64,000 bases of DNA from a virus (taxonomy: Duplodnaviria > Caudoviricetes), in the IMG/VR virus record IMGVR_UViG_3300012983_000037, positions 1 to 64,000 of that record. One strand, given 5' to 3'. The notes beneath the pieces are model-generated. The model was not told the origin of the DNA and ran no database searches. It worked only from the letters and a program-made list of their open reading frames with translations. Positions 47,501 to 57,600 of this stretch are shown piece by piece; position 1 is the first letter of the stretch; the number at the start of each line of letters is the position of its first letter. A program made the position numbers and the translations under genes.

Positions 47501-49317
47501 TTACAAATACTAAAGCTAAAGAAGCACTTAGGAAAAACATAAAATCATCAAATGATAAAGATGTTAGGGCAGCTAGTAAGTTTATAGAGGACAAAATAAA
47601 TGGTATATTTAGAGGATTCTTAAACTTACAAAAACCTAGAGGTCAGGAGTCAAGATTAAAATTTGAGACAGTAATAACAAAAGATGCAGAAGGAAAACCT
47701 GTATTAAATATTTATATTAAAGATTCCTACACAAATAGTGATATATATAATACAAAAATTTCAGTAGATGCACTATTTGAAAAAGACTCTCAACAGAGAA
47801 GGACATTTTTACAGGATATACTTTTCAACACAATTCTTAAAGAAGAGAATGGAAGTTATACTTACAGAGTGTATAAAGATGATTTTGGAAAGGTTATACC
47901 TATAGTCAAGATGCAGGTTAACTATAAGATGTTTAACGGAACATTAGGATCTACAAAGGATTATAGAAAACACATCTTTATGTCAGGTGTATTAAGCACA
48001 GATGCTAGTTGGGAATCTAGGAAGGTAGAAGGTGTTGAATCTAGACAGATAAGAGATAAAAAAGATAAACCTACTACTGAGACTCAAAGAGATGGATCTG
48101 AAAAAGAAGTAGTAGAAAATACACCAACAATTGTAGAAGCTACTGAAGCTGTTCAAAAAGCTTTAGATATTCTTTCTAACTTTAAGCATAAAGGAATTTC
48201 TTCTGTAGAAGAAGCTAGAAGTACTGGAGCACATGGTGTTACAACATTTATAAGTGATAGTAATAGTAAGACACTTACTAAAGAATCTCTTATAGCAACC
48301 GAAATAGGAACATCTTTAGACTTTGTTGTAAGAAAGTATATTGAATTAGGTGGTGATGCAGATGCTACATTTAGTTTTATTTATGATACTTATTCTAAAC
48401 ATACTTTAAAAGGTAAAAGAGTATCACCAATTCAAGGTCTTGATTGGGGAATGCTTAGAAGTTTTATAGATAATATAAAAACTTTAAAAGACACTCTTGA
48501 AGCTAGAGGTGAATTTATAGTGCCTTTTGATACTATATTTAGAGAAGTGCTGAAATCTGAAGGTGGTAAATATGCTAATCTTACTGCTATTCCAGATATT
48601 ATAACTATAGATTCTAAAGGTCAGCTGCATATATATGATATGAAATCATATTTAGCATCTGGAATTTCAGTAGGTAGATATAAAGGTATGAATACTGGAA
48701 CTGAAGTGAAAGTAGCTAGAGGTGCTTACTTTGATGAAAATATTGGTAAGGGTGGTAAGTGGCAACAGCAAGTATCTTTATATGCCCATATAATAGAACA
48801 AGCTACTGGATTAAAAGTAGCATCAGTAGGTATCTTACCTATACCTGTAAGATATAAAACAGCTGGTGTTAATGTAACAGACACTAAAATTGAAGCTATT
48901 GGACTAACACCTGTGAGAGCTCTTACTACTACAACTGGAGACCAGTTTAAATTAGAAAGAGTACCTACATTTACAAGTGATGCTATAAGAATGGATATTC
49001 TTAAGTTATCAGAAATTAAATCTTCTATGTGGATGGATAGTATGGTTTTCATAGAACCAGCTGAACCTATTACTGATGATGAGGTACTTAATGATAATGA
49101 AGCAGCAGTTGAAGTTGCAGAAGAAACTAAAGTTCAAGAAGAAGAAGGTATTGAAGTAATAGTTGAAAAGATAGAAGAGGATCAACCTGGCAGTGATGAT
49201 ACAGGGCTTGATGACTTAGGAGGTACAGGAAGGTTTACTAGAAGAAGGAATGGTAGAGAGAGAAGGAATTCTGAGGGAACTAATCCAAAAGCTCTTAAAA
49301 TATTCAAATGCTTATAA
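41506..49317 (+). CDS. giant virion cargo protein with hydrophobic segments and a C-terminal PD-(D/E)xK nuclease-like domain
   Basis: 2603 aa; SEGFEE and GALGAFVG segments; IPDIITID..G..HIYDMKS...QQQVSLYA. Confidence 0.75.
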   Translation: MGNPQSNIKELEQKLGKYNNSLNNIKDFSAEDYYNYVDDNYNYFASTGEDPSVYYARKVFGEKTTEAGGTYDQEYAKKLTLDQLISAIDSVSNAGSIKPVDTENEEETVSNVLDDDSNTPAVPLVPVKDPIAEHVDSLEFDFTRPLFEEAFPEYSFLSGVDDKPITSIVERRYSGDPRSMNYIRDEVEFADSHHYAGDKYYDNPGEARYTLASLEATQTGKSINSTLSSKYGTSDSDILGMDVPDEMLQYVIKYSDLDWENLTPSEELVEMMNSEGRVQGGKPLTLAELKKIKKEYDKSKLYKEELATREKHKKQREAFGKLPGPEQDRIMREYTTLRDEYNKEALSQEELSYLFERINVEKATGTAEGKTADDYYSEILQKIMGGSYTTKVPMRDGSVKDVTIRINPDIYVKLYDELGSAVSQYYKDNYSNTDYNSAEYMAKLQEVAYFLANSALNGEEAAVGKLAEVLNPKVVTVHESLPWWQHALTFGAYTDSGWGHALLGFKKNIISTGAYLLGVLEGTGVAAYDLFGGDTPEYMKDLGFFERWGAYIGTSNMSEWGYGIQNTGLLPFHDQYDLALEHGVDVTRYDGHWAGFWNFMGDTGFSTAAAILSGGATALARWSTKQFSKLTAKAVAKEVMKQTTANTINKTAGILTTIGAATLVAAPEAIGNGLDVYHSVVNKGLDLLNKDIQKKVNNDFTLKEGYGISLNPEDLKNAFNDKEIYNYLKNNSSILDEMEEFYTFMQSDEFKEGYAKGEYTQEWINANYSILVEKLDKELNKAKEVWGDTKYSDFIKQSEQTIETNAWQSFAGAAAVDLVIVSVTDLFFSKVLAPSLGSLADRVGIPGRLNGRGRLLNTVITDGNPMVEATKYNMTGRFLTDVISEGFEELNTYATDETAKALGILDISNYFYNSNRAESDATLGYGIWENMSAVAGAFGDAWFSKEGWKCFGQGALGAFVGSLGGFAGSGTKMKADLQIATNGWEKFSAVAGNIWRSPIFYHTIDRRRHIVESNKAVQVVTEHLENNPEFVEALSSTEAALSYMNRYFNALVNADALEMEENEFSMYVAQANVLAKLKGTTVGDAFFKRIKELQDATIDSELGQQIADRYIELLDVSDKSEYLEDKSKALEEAKKNINKFAEVQKGVVDMLSKMDIDYGYAVDDRTKEAIAYTYMAQENREKMLAEREDIIKEALTKKSIAKDKTPISGLSEEQKNAVAKFGTYENAVAELEKLKAQKANKYLIQEAKEAVKLLKEFKDTETPVLNITEILQMSPSERAEFFRGRTKFSEKQKAVINKFKASGLGRHVQSAIEDAGKIQEKLDANQSIIDGLESSSVNIFRLQNTVLANNLITSARRKAGHLNTANTYEEFSKGLDGLIETGVLTPEESAIIGTHVITEDKAKEFYKKYSKEISVARSNRVMLQKLTIKVSNKKTKGIVMEVLERLSGQMRSEDDRYKFSDAENLFTDGGFIETIKTKYKVDWNTVTEREQHRILSEVKKGIDAANKALTNRQDFNTRFNTGHKDRPARRKTTKYDLFNRDVYESAKDMYDIIFGKVSRIIKGENVKLTPMEVYQLACLFDGNMLTAPIDVDTVVVKGLPTSLKSVEDLATLARVLEGRADIYEDTYDVFAQFLDGVVKWIDMCSDTVTPYQVIGSAAAELNPSMKGLFDNKSKEDVKKYERGINFKDGTRGTTITVIPPGNSALTEAQSKWYEENGVEDNIKYLLDTRSRKDVRLILVKNSELYEAEATYDDDNLPLAVAVIVPKGTKNSVEVDGVNIIYVGIAGNSRQGVSEKANILNAIRDNLLANNDDSKSWVIRYSDTNNPVEFGGWNFTYQKYKDGIITNLRERILSKYSHLEESEREEAAYRDFCLNTVKVNCKYDVEDGVQVFKISYTWNGQDYTEKFNVTEEKVKELNESGRTEDKFSMIAYIEPNSASNQPICNLLTYDFYDTSYLGNNIAEVYDLIQKGEINIFSKEFEDSPLALVHNALVACEREIFTNTKAKEALRKNIKSSNDKDVRAASKFIEDKINGIFRGFLNLQKPRGQESRLKFETVITKDAEGKPVLNIYIKDSYTNSDIYNTKISVDALFEKDSQQRRTFLQDILFNTILKEENGSYTYRVYKDDFGKVIPIVKMQVNYKMFNGTLGSTKDYRKHIFMSGVLSTDASWESRKVEGVESRQIRDKKDKPTTETQRDGSEKEVVENTPTIVEATEAVQKALDILSNFKHKGISSVEEARSTGAHGVTTFISDSNSKTLTKESLIATEIGTSLDFVVRKYIELGGDADATFSFIYDTYSKHTLKGKRVSPIQGLDWGMLRSFIDNIKTLKDTLEARGEFIVPFDTIFREVLKSEGGKYANLTAIPDIITIDSKGQLHIYDMKSYLASGISVGRYKGMNTGTEVKVARGAYFDENIGKGGKWQQQVSLYAHIIEQATGLKVASVGILPIPVRYKTAGVNVTDTKIEAIGLTPVRALTTTTGDQFKLERVPTFTSDAIRMDILKLSEIKSSMWMDSMVFIEPAEPITDDEVLNDNEAAVEVAEETKVQEEEGIEVIVEKIEEDQPGSDDTGLDDLGGTGRFTRRRNGRERRNSEGTNPKALKIFKCL

Positions 49318-49318
49318 T

Positions 49319-49352
49319 AAAAAAAAGAGTGGGAAATCCCCACTCTTTTTTT
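49319..49352. terminator. bidirectional terminator between convergent giant genes
   Basis: A-run + GAGTGGG-aaatc-CCCACTC + T-run. Confidence 0.9.
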
Positions 49353-52300
49353 ATTGTCCTTTCATCTTCATGAAATTAGATCTTCTATCAGCAACTTTAA
49401 AAGCATCTTGAACCTGATAGCCAGTTCTTCCTTCTATTTCAGAGCTATCCATATTATCAAGCTCTTCTTGTGTAGGAGGAAGTATATATCCGTAATCATC
49501 AGTTTCTAAGAATACCTTATTTAAAAAGAAATTATAAAACTTACTTCTAACTTTATTACTAAAATTAGGATCATCAGTATGCGTTGCTAAATCTGCTATA
49601 TCCATAATACCGTCTAGAACCATCATAGCATCATTATATCTGAAACCTATAGTTCCTATGTCTTCCACATTCTGAATTAGAGATGTCATACCTTGAAGCT
49701 CTTCAGCATTCTTCTTAGCAAAATAATACATAATACCAGTCATTTTATATGCTGCAGACTCAGTATCATAACCAATACCTTTGTATACTTGACTAAGTAG
49801 ATGTCTTGATAATAACTCCATATCCTGTGCTCTTGTAAAATTAAACCGTTTATCTTTTGAATAAACTGTTGTCCAATCAAATTCACCGTTTTCAGATTTC
49901 GAGCTATCAGAATTATACATCATTCTAGAAGTCTCATTATCTTCAAAGTTATGGTAGCTAAGAAATTCATTATAACTCATTTTAACTTTAGTACTACCAT
50001 CTTTCATAACTGGAGCCATATCTTTATAGTCAATTAGAAGCTCTATATGACTAGCTACATCAGAACTAATACCGTTATTAGTAGCAGCTTTTGATAATGC
50101 TTCTTTAGGTTCTAAACCTTCAAGTAGTAAATCAGAATACTCAGATAAGAATGTAGAAAATAACTCTAAAGAGTGTGCTGGATCCTTTTCAAAATCGTCA
50201 ATACTTTGTATAACTCCTAACAAGTAATCAGATTTAGTTAAATAATTTGATAAGCTCTCTTTAATTTTATCATTATTAATAACGGGTTTGTTAAGAGCAT
50301 CAAATATTATATGAGTCTTTAGGCATCCTCCTGTTATCCTATCCATTGTATCATATAAATACTGATCTATGTCAAAATCCATTATATTAAACTTACTACT
50401 AACTTTACTAAAATCTCCTGTAGAGTATCCTAACTGTTTAGCAGCTTCTTCAGGTTTTCTAGGTGCGAACATACCTAATATTACATATGCAAAGAACCAG
50501 AATAATAAGTCATTTCCAAATTCATACATTCTCTTAATCATTTGGTCTGTATAACCACCTTTCTTAAGAACTTGTTGTACTCTAGGTATTTTTGTAAACT
50601 GTTGAAGAACAGGAAGATTAAGAGCAGCTATACTTAACCATAAGACTACAGATTTTTTCTTTCTATCCAAAGTATTAGCATCATACATAGGCATCATAAG
50701 ATTTAACCAAGAAAATGCTACAGTCCTCATTTTAGATGGTACATACTCCTCTTTAAGAACATCGTATCCACTATTCCAGTTTCTGTTAGCATCACCAATC
50801 ATATAACCAGTGTATAACGCCATACTTTTCAACATAAAGTCTTCTTGAATATGAGCTTTAACATCAGAATAATAAGTACCTTGAGTCTCTACATTTTCTG
50901 ATAATAAGCTATCTGACACAGAGAAAAGATCACTTTCCTTCCATAACATTCCGTCAATAGCTTCTTTAATTAATGTTTGAGCATCTGTTAAAGAAATAAA
51001 GTTTCCATACTCATCCATTAATGAAATACCCATCTCATTAAAAACTTTATATAAGTTATCAGTAAAAGTATTATTAGATAGTAAATCAACTAAATTCCTA
51101 TATATACCTGAACCTAGCTTTTCAGGGTCTGAATTCTCTTCGATAGCTAAGTTAATTTTATCTAAGAACTTTTTAAGAAAAAGATACTTAACAGTATCCT
51201 CTTTTCTTCTTAAGAATGAGTTAGATATATAAAATCCTTCCTGTGTATTACCTTCTTCATCCTTTTTACTAAAATGGTATATGCTTCTTAAAGACTTAGT
51301 TTTGCTCTTCCCATTAATCATATATTCAATAGAGTCATAGTCAGAATCTTCAAGTATACTGTCTATACTACCATATCTCTTTTCTATTTCAGCTATTGTA
51401 TCACTAACTTCACTACCATTATAGTGATCTAGCATAGCAAGATATACAGCCTCTTGTCCTACAGCATCTCCTAAAGCATACAGCTCCATAGGCTTATCAA
51501 CTAAGATATTTCTGATAATAGGATTATTCCTATCTTCCCATATAACCCTTCTATTATAAGCTCCACTAATATGATGAAGAATCATCTTATCCCTTCTTCT
51601 GCCTCTACCTAAAAATGTATTACCAATAAGTCTGAAGAATACAGTCCTTGGAAGCCTTCTTAAATACCCCCAGAAACTATAATGCTTAGATATTACAGCG
51701 TTTCTCAAGTAGTTAGTACTTGATTGAAAGAAGTTACTAATCATACTCTTCACACTCAACCATATAGTACCCATGACAAATATACTCTGAGTAAGATTCT
51801 TAACTACTCCCAAAGCTTTCCTAGCTAACTTCTCGTCTCTACTAGAGAAAGGATTGTCTTCGCCATAGAATAGCCTATTTAAATGAGTATCTAAGATACC
51901 TTGATAAGCTTTTACATTATCCTCATCTTCCTGAGATTTTCTAATAGATACTCTATGTTCAAGAGCGTACTTTGTGGCATACAATCTATTAACATTACTC
52001 TTTAACTCACTGTACCTTACAGCCATTACAGTGTAATCCTTTAAGGTTTTAACAATATTAGATGAAGGATTAGCTATTCTTTTTACTCCATATATAGGAA
52101 GCTTAGCAAAAGATTCATCAGCCTCTGCTAATGCTGATGCATACATACTAGAGCCTTCAATACCTAATTCGAAATCACTTTCAGATTCTGTTAAACCACC
52201 ATTAAGAGCCTTCTTAAAAGAGTAATCAAAAAGATGTTTCTTAGTTGAAATCTGAGGAATTCTATTACCTCTAACTAAAGATCTTCCACTTGAATCAGTG

Positions 52301-54684
52301 AGAAGAGAGTCAACCATACTTTTATATTCAGTAAGTGCTTTTAGTAAAACAAGTTGCTTCTTAGCAGTTTCATCACCTTCATCAGCAGCTCTTCTAATTT
52401 CCTCATACTGAGAACTAACATATACACCATCTTCATAGTCAGGATTTAAAACCCTTAAACCTGTTTTTGGATCTTCAATCCAAGATTCTTCTTCGAATAT
52501 TCTAAGTTTATCACTCTCTTCTATTTGTTTATTAATATAAACTCTTTCACTTCTTTTAGTTTTGAACTCTTCTTTATGATCTTTTATATATTCTACACAC
52601 TCAGCAACAATCTCTTTTATAATCTTATGTCTCAGTTCTTCATATTTCCAAGTATTACAAGGAGATATGAAATTTCCCATAAGTTTACCTTTATCATCCC
52701 TCTCTATAAGATCAGACATATCACTAGAATAGCCTAGTTCAGATGCAAGCCTTTCTATAGTATTCATCTTTGCTTGAAAATCTGTTTCAACCCTTCTATT
52801 AATATTTCTATTAATGTCTTTTGTCCATTTTCTAATGTAAGAAACTGCTGTGTCTTTAAGTTTAGTTGGAATTCTAAAGAGCCTTCCAAGCCAACCATCT
52901 GAATAATATATATAGTTTATTAAATCTTTTGTTTGTATTTCTTCATCTCCTATATATAATCCAAAATGTTTCTTTTTATTCTCTGTAGCATCTTCAATAA
53001 TCTCCTCTTCAGAATATGTATCATCTTTTTTCTTTTTCTTGCTCTTTTTATCTTTCTTAGGGAAGAATACAAAACTCATTTTACCCTTTAATATGATACT
53101 GTCTTTACCTGCAATCTCTATAAGTAATTCATTACCAATTTTTCTACACTCATCTAAAACACACTTTTCAGCAGCTTCAATTATTAATCTAAAATTAGTT
53201 GAAGATTCAGATAATCTACCAGAGCCTTTTAGAAATGTAGAACCTGTATAAGTATCTAAAAATTCTCGTAATCCAGGATTTTCTTTAGCAACTCTTTCTA
53301 AGGCTGACTCAATTGTAGACAATGCATCTGCATAGCTAGCTAAAGACCTTACAGCAGCATAAACATCTTCATCATACACACCACTATTATAATCAGGGCT
53401 GCCATATAATTCTTGAAGACCAGCATATACATTCTCCATTTCATCTATAAGTACAATAGCCATCTCCTGAAGTAAATAACCAGCTGTATTAAAATCCATT
53501 TCATAATCAGAAGGTGATATATTAGCATTTAAAATATCCTGTATCTTCTGATTATTCATTAAGATTTTATATAATTCAGTACTGGTTGTGTGTAATCTAT
53601 TTCTAAGATTCTTTATTGCTATTTTAGCTGTAACAATTGCATTGTTAATAGTATGTGTAGAATCTACTGAATATAAAGTCATAGGAACATTTAAAGCAGT
53701 ATCTAAATTAGATTTTCCAGACATAAACTCATTTGCTATTTGTTTTGCCATAAGCTTAACTTCCATTCTTTTAGCTAAGAGCGACTCTGGTTTAATCTTA
53801 TTAACTATACTAAATATAAATCCTTTAACTCTATTTAGAAATCCACCAAATCTATATACATTTGCACCTTTAAATTGTTTAGCAAGTATTCTACCTGCAG
53901 CTTCATAGACATTAGTATGTAAGCCCGCATCAATTTCCTCTTGTGTAAATATACCCATAGCTAATACAACCTCTTCATCCCTGCATAGCTCTATAAGTCT
54001 AGAAACTTGAGACGAATCATGTAAAGCTGCAATAGCAAAGTGAGCTGCCTCTTCTTTAAGAGCATCTGCCATAGAATCTCCTCTAGCTAAAGTAATCAGG
54101 TGATACATACCATCTGCTGCTTTAGTAGGGTTTTCAGTAGAATATTTACCGTTATATGGAGAGCCTTCCTCCATAAAATCAACTCTTACACCTACTTTAT
54201 TTAATTCATCAACAATCATTGTCTGAATTCCCTGTTCCTCAAGTACCTTCTCAAAAGCTACTTGATTTTCAGAAGTGTTTTTTACTACACTTAACCTATA
54301 CTTTTTACCTTCTTTAGTTAGAATTGCTAAATAATCAGAGCCATATTCTGATCTATTAAACTCTCTAGCTTTTTGAAGACCTTCAGTATAGTCATAGACT
54401 CCACTACCAATATCCCTATTAAGCTTTTTGATAATAGTTTCACCAGTAGGATCTAGTTGAGCAACTTTGATGAGAGAATGGAGAGTAATTTCCCCATTCT
54501 CATCAAAAGTTACATTTTCTTTTATACTGTCTAGAAATTCTTGGTCAGTAGCTACAAAGTAATCTCTCTTAGCAGCCTCCCTATCATTGTTATGATAGTC
54601 AAGTAACTCTCTAAATAAGATACTATCAACTTCCTGACCTTCTTTGTTTCTTACAGTAGGAATAATGTTACAATAATTAGCCAT
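49351..54684 (-). CDS. giant virion protein next to the RNAP gene, with a degenerate zincin-like motif
   Basis: About 1777 aa from ATG 54684 (MANYCNIIP); EEAAH in place of HExxH; C-terminal hydrophobic segments. Confidence 0.7.
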   Translation of the reverse strand: MANYCNIIPTVRNKEGQEVDSILFRELLDYHNNDREAAKRDYFVATDQEFLDSIKENVTFDENGEITLHSLIKVAQLDPTGETIIKKLNRDIGSGVYDYTEGLQKAREFNRSEYGSDYLAILTKEGKKYRLSVVKNTSENQVAFEKVLEEQGIQTMIVDELNKVGVRVDFMEEGSPYNGKYSTENPTKAADGMYHLITLARGDSMADALKEEAAHFAIAALHDSSQVSRLIELCRDEEVVLAMGIFTQEEIDAGLHTNVYEAAGRILAKQFKGANVYRFGGFLNRVKGFIFSIVNKIKPESLLAKRMEVKLMAKQIANEFMSGKSNLDTALNVPMTLYSVDSTHTINNAIVTAKIAIKNLRNRLHTTSTELYKILMNNQKIQDILNANISPSDYEMDFNTAGYLLQEMAIVLIDEMENVYAGLQELYGSPDYNSGVYDEDVYAAVRSLASYADALSTIESALERVAKENPGLREFLDTYTGSTFLKGSGRLSESSTNFRLIIEAAEKCVLDECRKIGNELLIEIAGKDSIILKGKMSFVFFPKKDKKSKKKKKDDTYSEEEIIEDATENKKKHFGLYIGDEEIQTKDLINYIYYSDGWLGRLFRIPTKLKDTAVSYIRKWTKDINRNINRRVETDFQAKMNTIERLASELGYSSDMSDLIERDDKGKLMGNFISPCNTWKYEELRHKIIKEIVAECVEYIKDHKEEFKTKRSERVYINKQIEESDKLRIFEEESWIEDPKTGLRVLNPDYEDGVYVSSQYEEIRRAADEGDETAKKQLVLLKALTEYKSMVDSLLTDSSGRSLVRGNRIPQISTKKHLFDYSFKKALNGGLTESESDFELGIEGSSMYASALAEADESFAKLPIYGVKRIANPSSNIVKTLKDYTVMAVRYSELKSNVNRLYATKYALEHRVSIRKSQEDEDNVKAYQGILDTHLNRLFYGEDNPFSSRDEKLARKALGVVKNLTQSIFVMGTIWLSVKSMISNFFQSSTNYLRNAVISKHYSFWGYLRRLPRTVFFRLIGNTFLGRGRRRDKMILHHISGAYNRRVIWEDRNNPIIRNILVDKPMELYALGDAVGQEAVYLAMLDHYNGSEVSDTIAEIEKRYGSIDSILEDSDYDSIEYMINGKSKTKSLRSIYHFSKKDEEGNTQEGFYISNSFLRRKEDTVKYLFLKKFLDKINLAIEENSDPEKLGSGIYRNLVDLLSNNTFTDNLYKVFNEMGISLMDEYGNFISLTDAQTLIKEAIDGMLWKESDLFSVSDSLLSENVETQGTYYSDVKAHIQEDFMLKSMALYTGYMIGDANRNWNSGYDVLKEEYVPSKMRTVAFSWLNLMMPMYDANTLDRKKKSVVLWLSIAALNLPVLQQFTKIPRVQQVLKKGGYTDQMIKRMYEFGNDLLFWFFAYVILGMFAPRKPEEAAKQLGYSTGDFSKVSSKFNIMDFDIDQYLYDTMDRITGGCLKTHIIFDALNKPVINNDKIKESLSNYLTKSDYLLGVIQSIDDFEKDPAHSLELFSTFLSEYSDLLLEGLEPKEALSKAATNNGISSDVASHIELLIDYKDMAPVMKDGSTKVKMSYNEFLSYHNFEDNETSRMMYNSDSSKSENGEFDWTTVYSKDKRFNFTRAQDMELLSRHLLSQVYKGIGYDTESAAYKMTGIMYYFAKKNAEELQGMTSLIQNVEDIGTIGFRYNDAMMVLDGIMDIADLATHTDDPNFSNKVRSKFYNFFLNKVFLETDDYGYILPPTQEELDNMDSSEIEGRTGYQVQDAFKVADRRSNFMKMKGQ

Positions 54685-54686
54685 GT

Positions 54687-57600
54687 TTAACAAACACCTT
54701 TTTCTTTACTTTTCTTTTCTATATCTGTTGTTCTTCTTAATCTTTCAAATACACTAGAAGGACCTGTAGGCTCTGAAGATTCATCTTCAACTTCTCCTAT
54801 ATGATCGTCAGTATATACCTCAGAAACTGAGAACGCACTTCCTGAAGACTTTACATCTCCGTAAATATAACCACCAGAACCTTTAGTTATAACATCTGAA
54901 AATGCTGCAACTTTAGAATCTATGTTATTTATTACTTCCTCATATATAAGAGAAGTCCTTTTTCCTACATCACAAGAATACTCATTTTGACCTCCTTTAA
55001 ATCCTTGAAGTTCATAGAGCCTTCCGTCTATTGTGATATAAGGCATAGCGATTCTTCTATCTCCACCTCCATCTTTAATAGTTTTGACAATTAGTTTTAA
55101 ACCATCTTTACCAACAGTAACTACATTCTTTTCAGTACTTTCAGTAGGCACAAATAATGATTTAGTAGCCTCTGTGACTTTGAATACATAATTACTATTA
55201 TCAGTATGTTGCTTTATAAATTCGCCGAAGACATTGAATATATTAACACCTTCCATAATTTTACTTATAGATGTTGTTTCATCTGATTCAACTCTTAGCT
55301 CATCCATAAACTTGATATATCCAATTCCAGTGGTATAATCAACTAAACAAGCCTCCAATACATTCATAGGAACAGAAGATAAACTAAAGTTAGATGATTG
55401 AGAAAGACCATTAAGATAGTACATATGTAAGAATAATGCTTTTGCAAAATTCTGTAATGCTACATTCTTAACAACCTCTCCATACTCATTCTCATACTCA
55501 GCATTGAATAAGGTTTGCCACTCATTATATATAGTAGCTTTTTGCTCCTTAGTAAGGTTGAAAGGGATACTTAAATTGTATACCTCATACTCATGAGGTG
55601 TTCTTCTACCATCTTCATCAATAGTATATTCTGTAACAGTAGATATTTTAATGTTATTAAACAGTTCTGTTCTTTTAAGTGCAGTTAAATCATCTTCACT
55701 TAAAGCTTCCACAAACTGATCAAAACCTCTAACATATCTATCAAAGTTAGTTATACCATCAACTTCAGCAAAAGGATTAAAATCACCATTCAAATCTTTA
55801 ATAATAAGTCTAGTTATTTCACTAGCCATATCATTATAAACATCCTTACTTACACTTCCATACCTACTCCATAATCTAGCTGTAGCAAAAGCATCACTAA
55901 AAGTCTTCTCATGAAAAGGTGTATATTGATCTATCAAAGTATCAAACATATCTGCAGTAAGATTATACATAATAACCTCAAAAGCATATGGATGATCTGC
56001 AAACATTTCAAATAAACCTTGTCTATCCTCCAGTGAATCTATTTGCATTTTTACTCTAGGCATAACATCTCCAGAATACTCATCACTAACAGTGATAGCA
56101 ATACTACTATCTTTAACTCTATGAGACTGCCTTCTATCAGCATCTGCAAAATGAGAACCTATATCAGTTTTTACTGAATTTGAAGAAGTGTTTCTAGATT
56201 CCTGTACTAAAGCAGCAAAATCCTCTTTAACTTTCATAAGTTCATAGAATACTTTAACTACTTCAGATTGAGAAGTTTTGTAATGTTCAGTACTACCAGC
56301 CGCTTTGGTAATGTTATATGCTAAAGCCTCTCTAGTCATATGTTTAAGATTAACAGGTTTAGCTTTCTTACCTGTAAGTTTACTCATACTTTCCATGCCA
56401 TGACTCTTAAGTACTATATCAAGTGCTGTATAGAGACTTGTAATACCATCTCTTTCCATAAGAGTAGTAGCTTCTTTAATAATAGGCTGATTAAACAAAA
56501 GACCAATATCTTTAGTATCATAACCCATTCTTACAAGAACTACAGCAGCATCTGCAGTTACAGTATTAAGATTTAAGTATGCTAAAACAGGTTCCTTTAC
56601 TGCATCCACTGATGCTGCAAGAAGCTCTGCTAATCTCTGGCTAGTTGTCTTACCCATTGATTCAACTACAAGCATATCTCTTCCTGCATTTTCATCAACA
56701 GCTTTATATACATCACCATCTTTAACAACTTTACTTCCAAATACTATAGCTCTAGGTCCAACCATTCTCATACTCTTCAGTTTAGATTGAATAAAGTAGT
56801 TAGCAGAAGCATTAGCAAATATACCAATAAGTTTACCAGCTGCTTGATTCAATTTATTATATGCTATAGAAGTATAAGGATCGTCGAATAGCAGATTTTC
56901 AGAAGTTTCAGGAGTTGTTTCTATAACTGATTTCTTAGATAATTCACTAAGATCAACAGTGTGAGAACTATTATCTACCTGAGGACTATCAGAATCTAAT
57001 TCTTGGATTATAGTAGCAAATTTAGCATCAATAATAGTATCTTCAAAACCACCTGCAGTAAATCTAGATTGTGCTGTTTCAGGATCTGATAATCTAGCTT
57101 GCATAATATCAAGTATTAAATTATCAATATCACTCTTTTGTACATCACCAGAAAAGACCTTTTCAAAGTTTATAGAACCATCTGCATTAAAAGCATCTAA
57201 TACTGTAAATTTAGTAGATTTAATAGTACTTTCATCAGCATATCTAGAGAATACATCATTCTTATTCTCTTTAATCTTACCGAGTTTAACAGCTCTATCC
57301 CAGAACATATTCAAAGGAATAACCTTAGGTATTTCAAGACCTCTCTTTTCATACTTAGATTTTAAACCTTCAAGATATTCTGTAGGTGCTGTATCTCTTA
57401 ACTCTGTAAGAATAGATGCCCACTCTGGGTTTTCTTCAAATACTTTATCCCATACCTTTTTAGTATCATACTCACTAATGGTTGAATCAAAGCTTCTTCT
57501 CACAAGATAAAGCTTATCAATATCAAAGTCAAAACCAGCTCTTGTAGTACAGATATTAGGAAGCTGAATATAGTTAGCTCCTGACTTAGGACAACATCTT

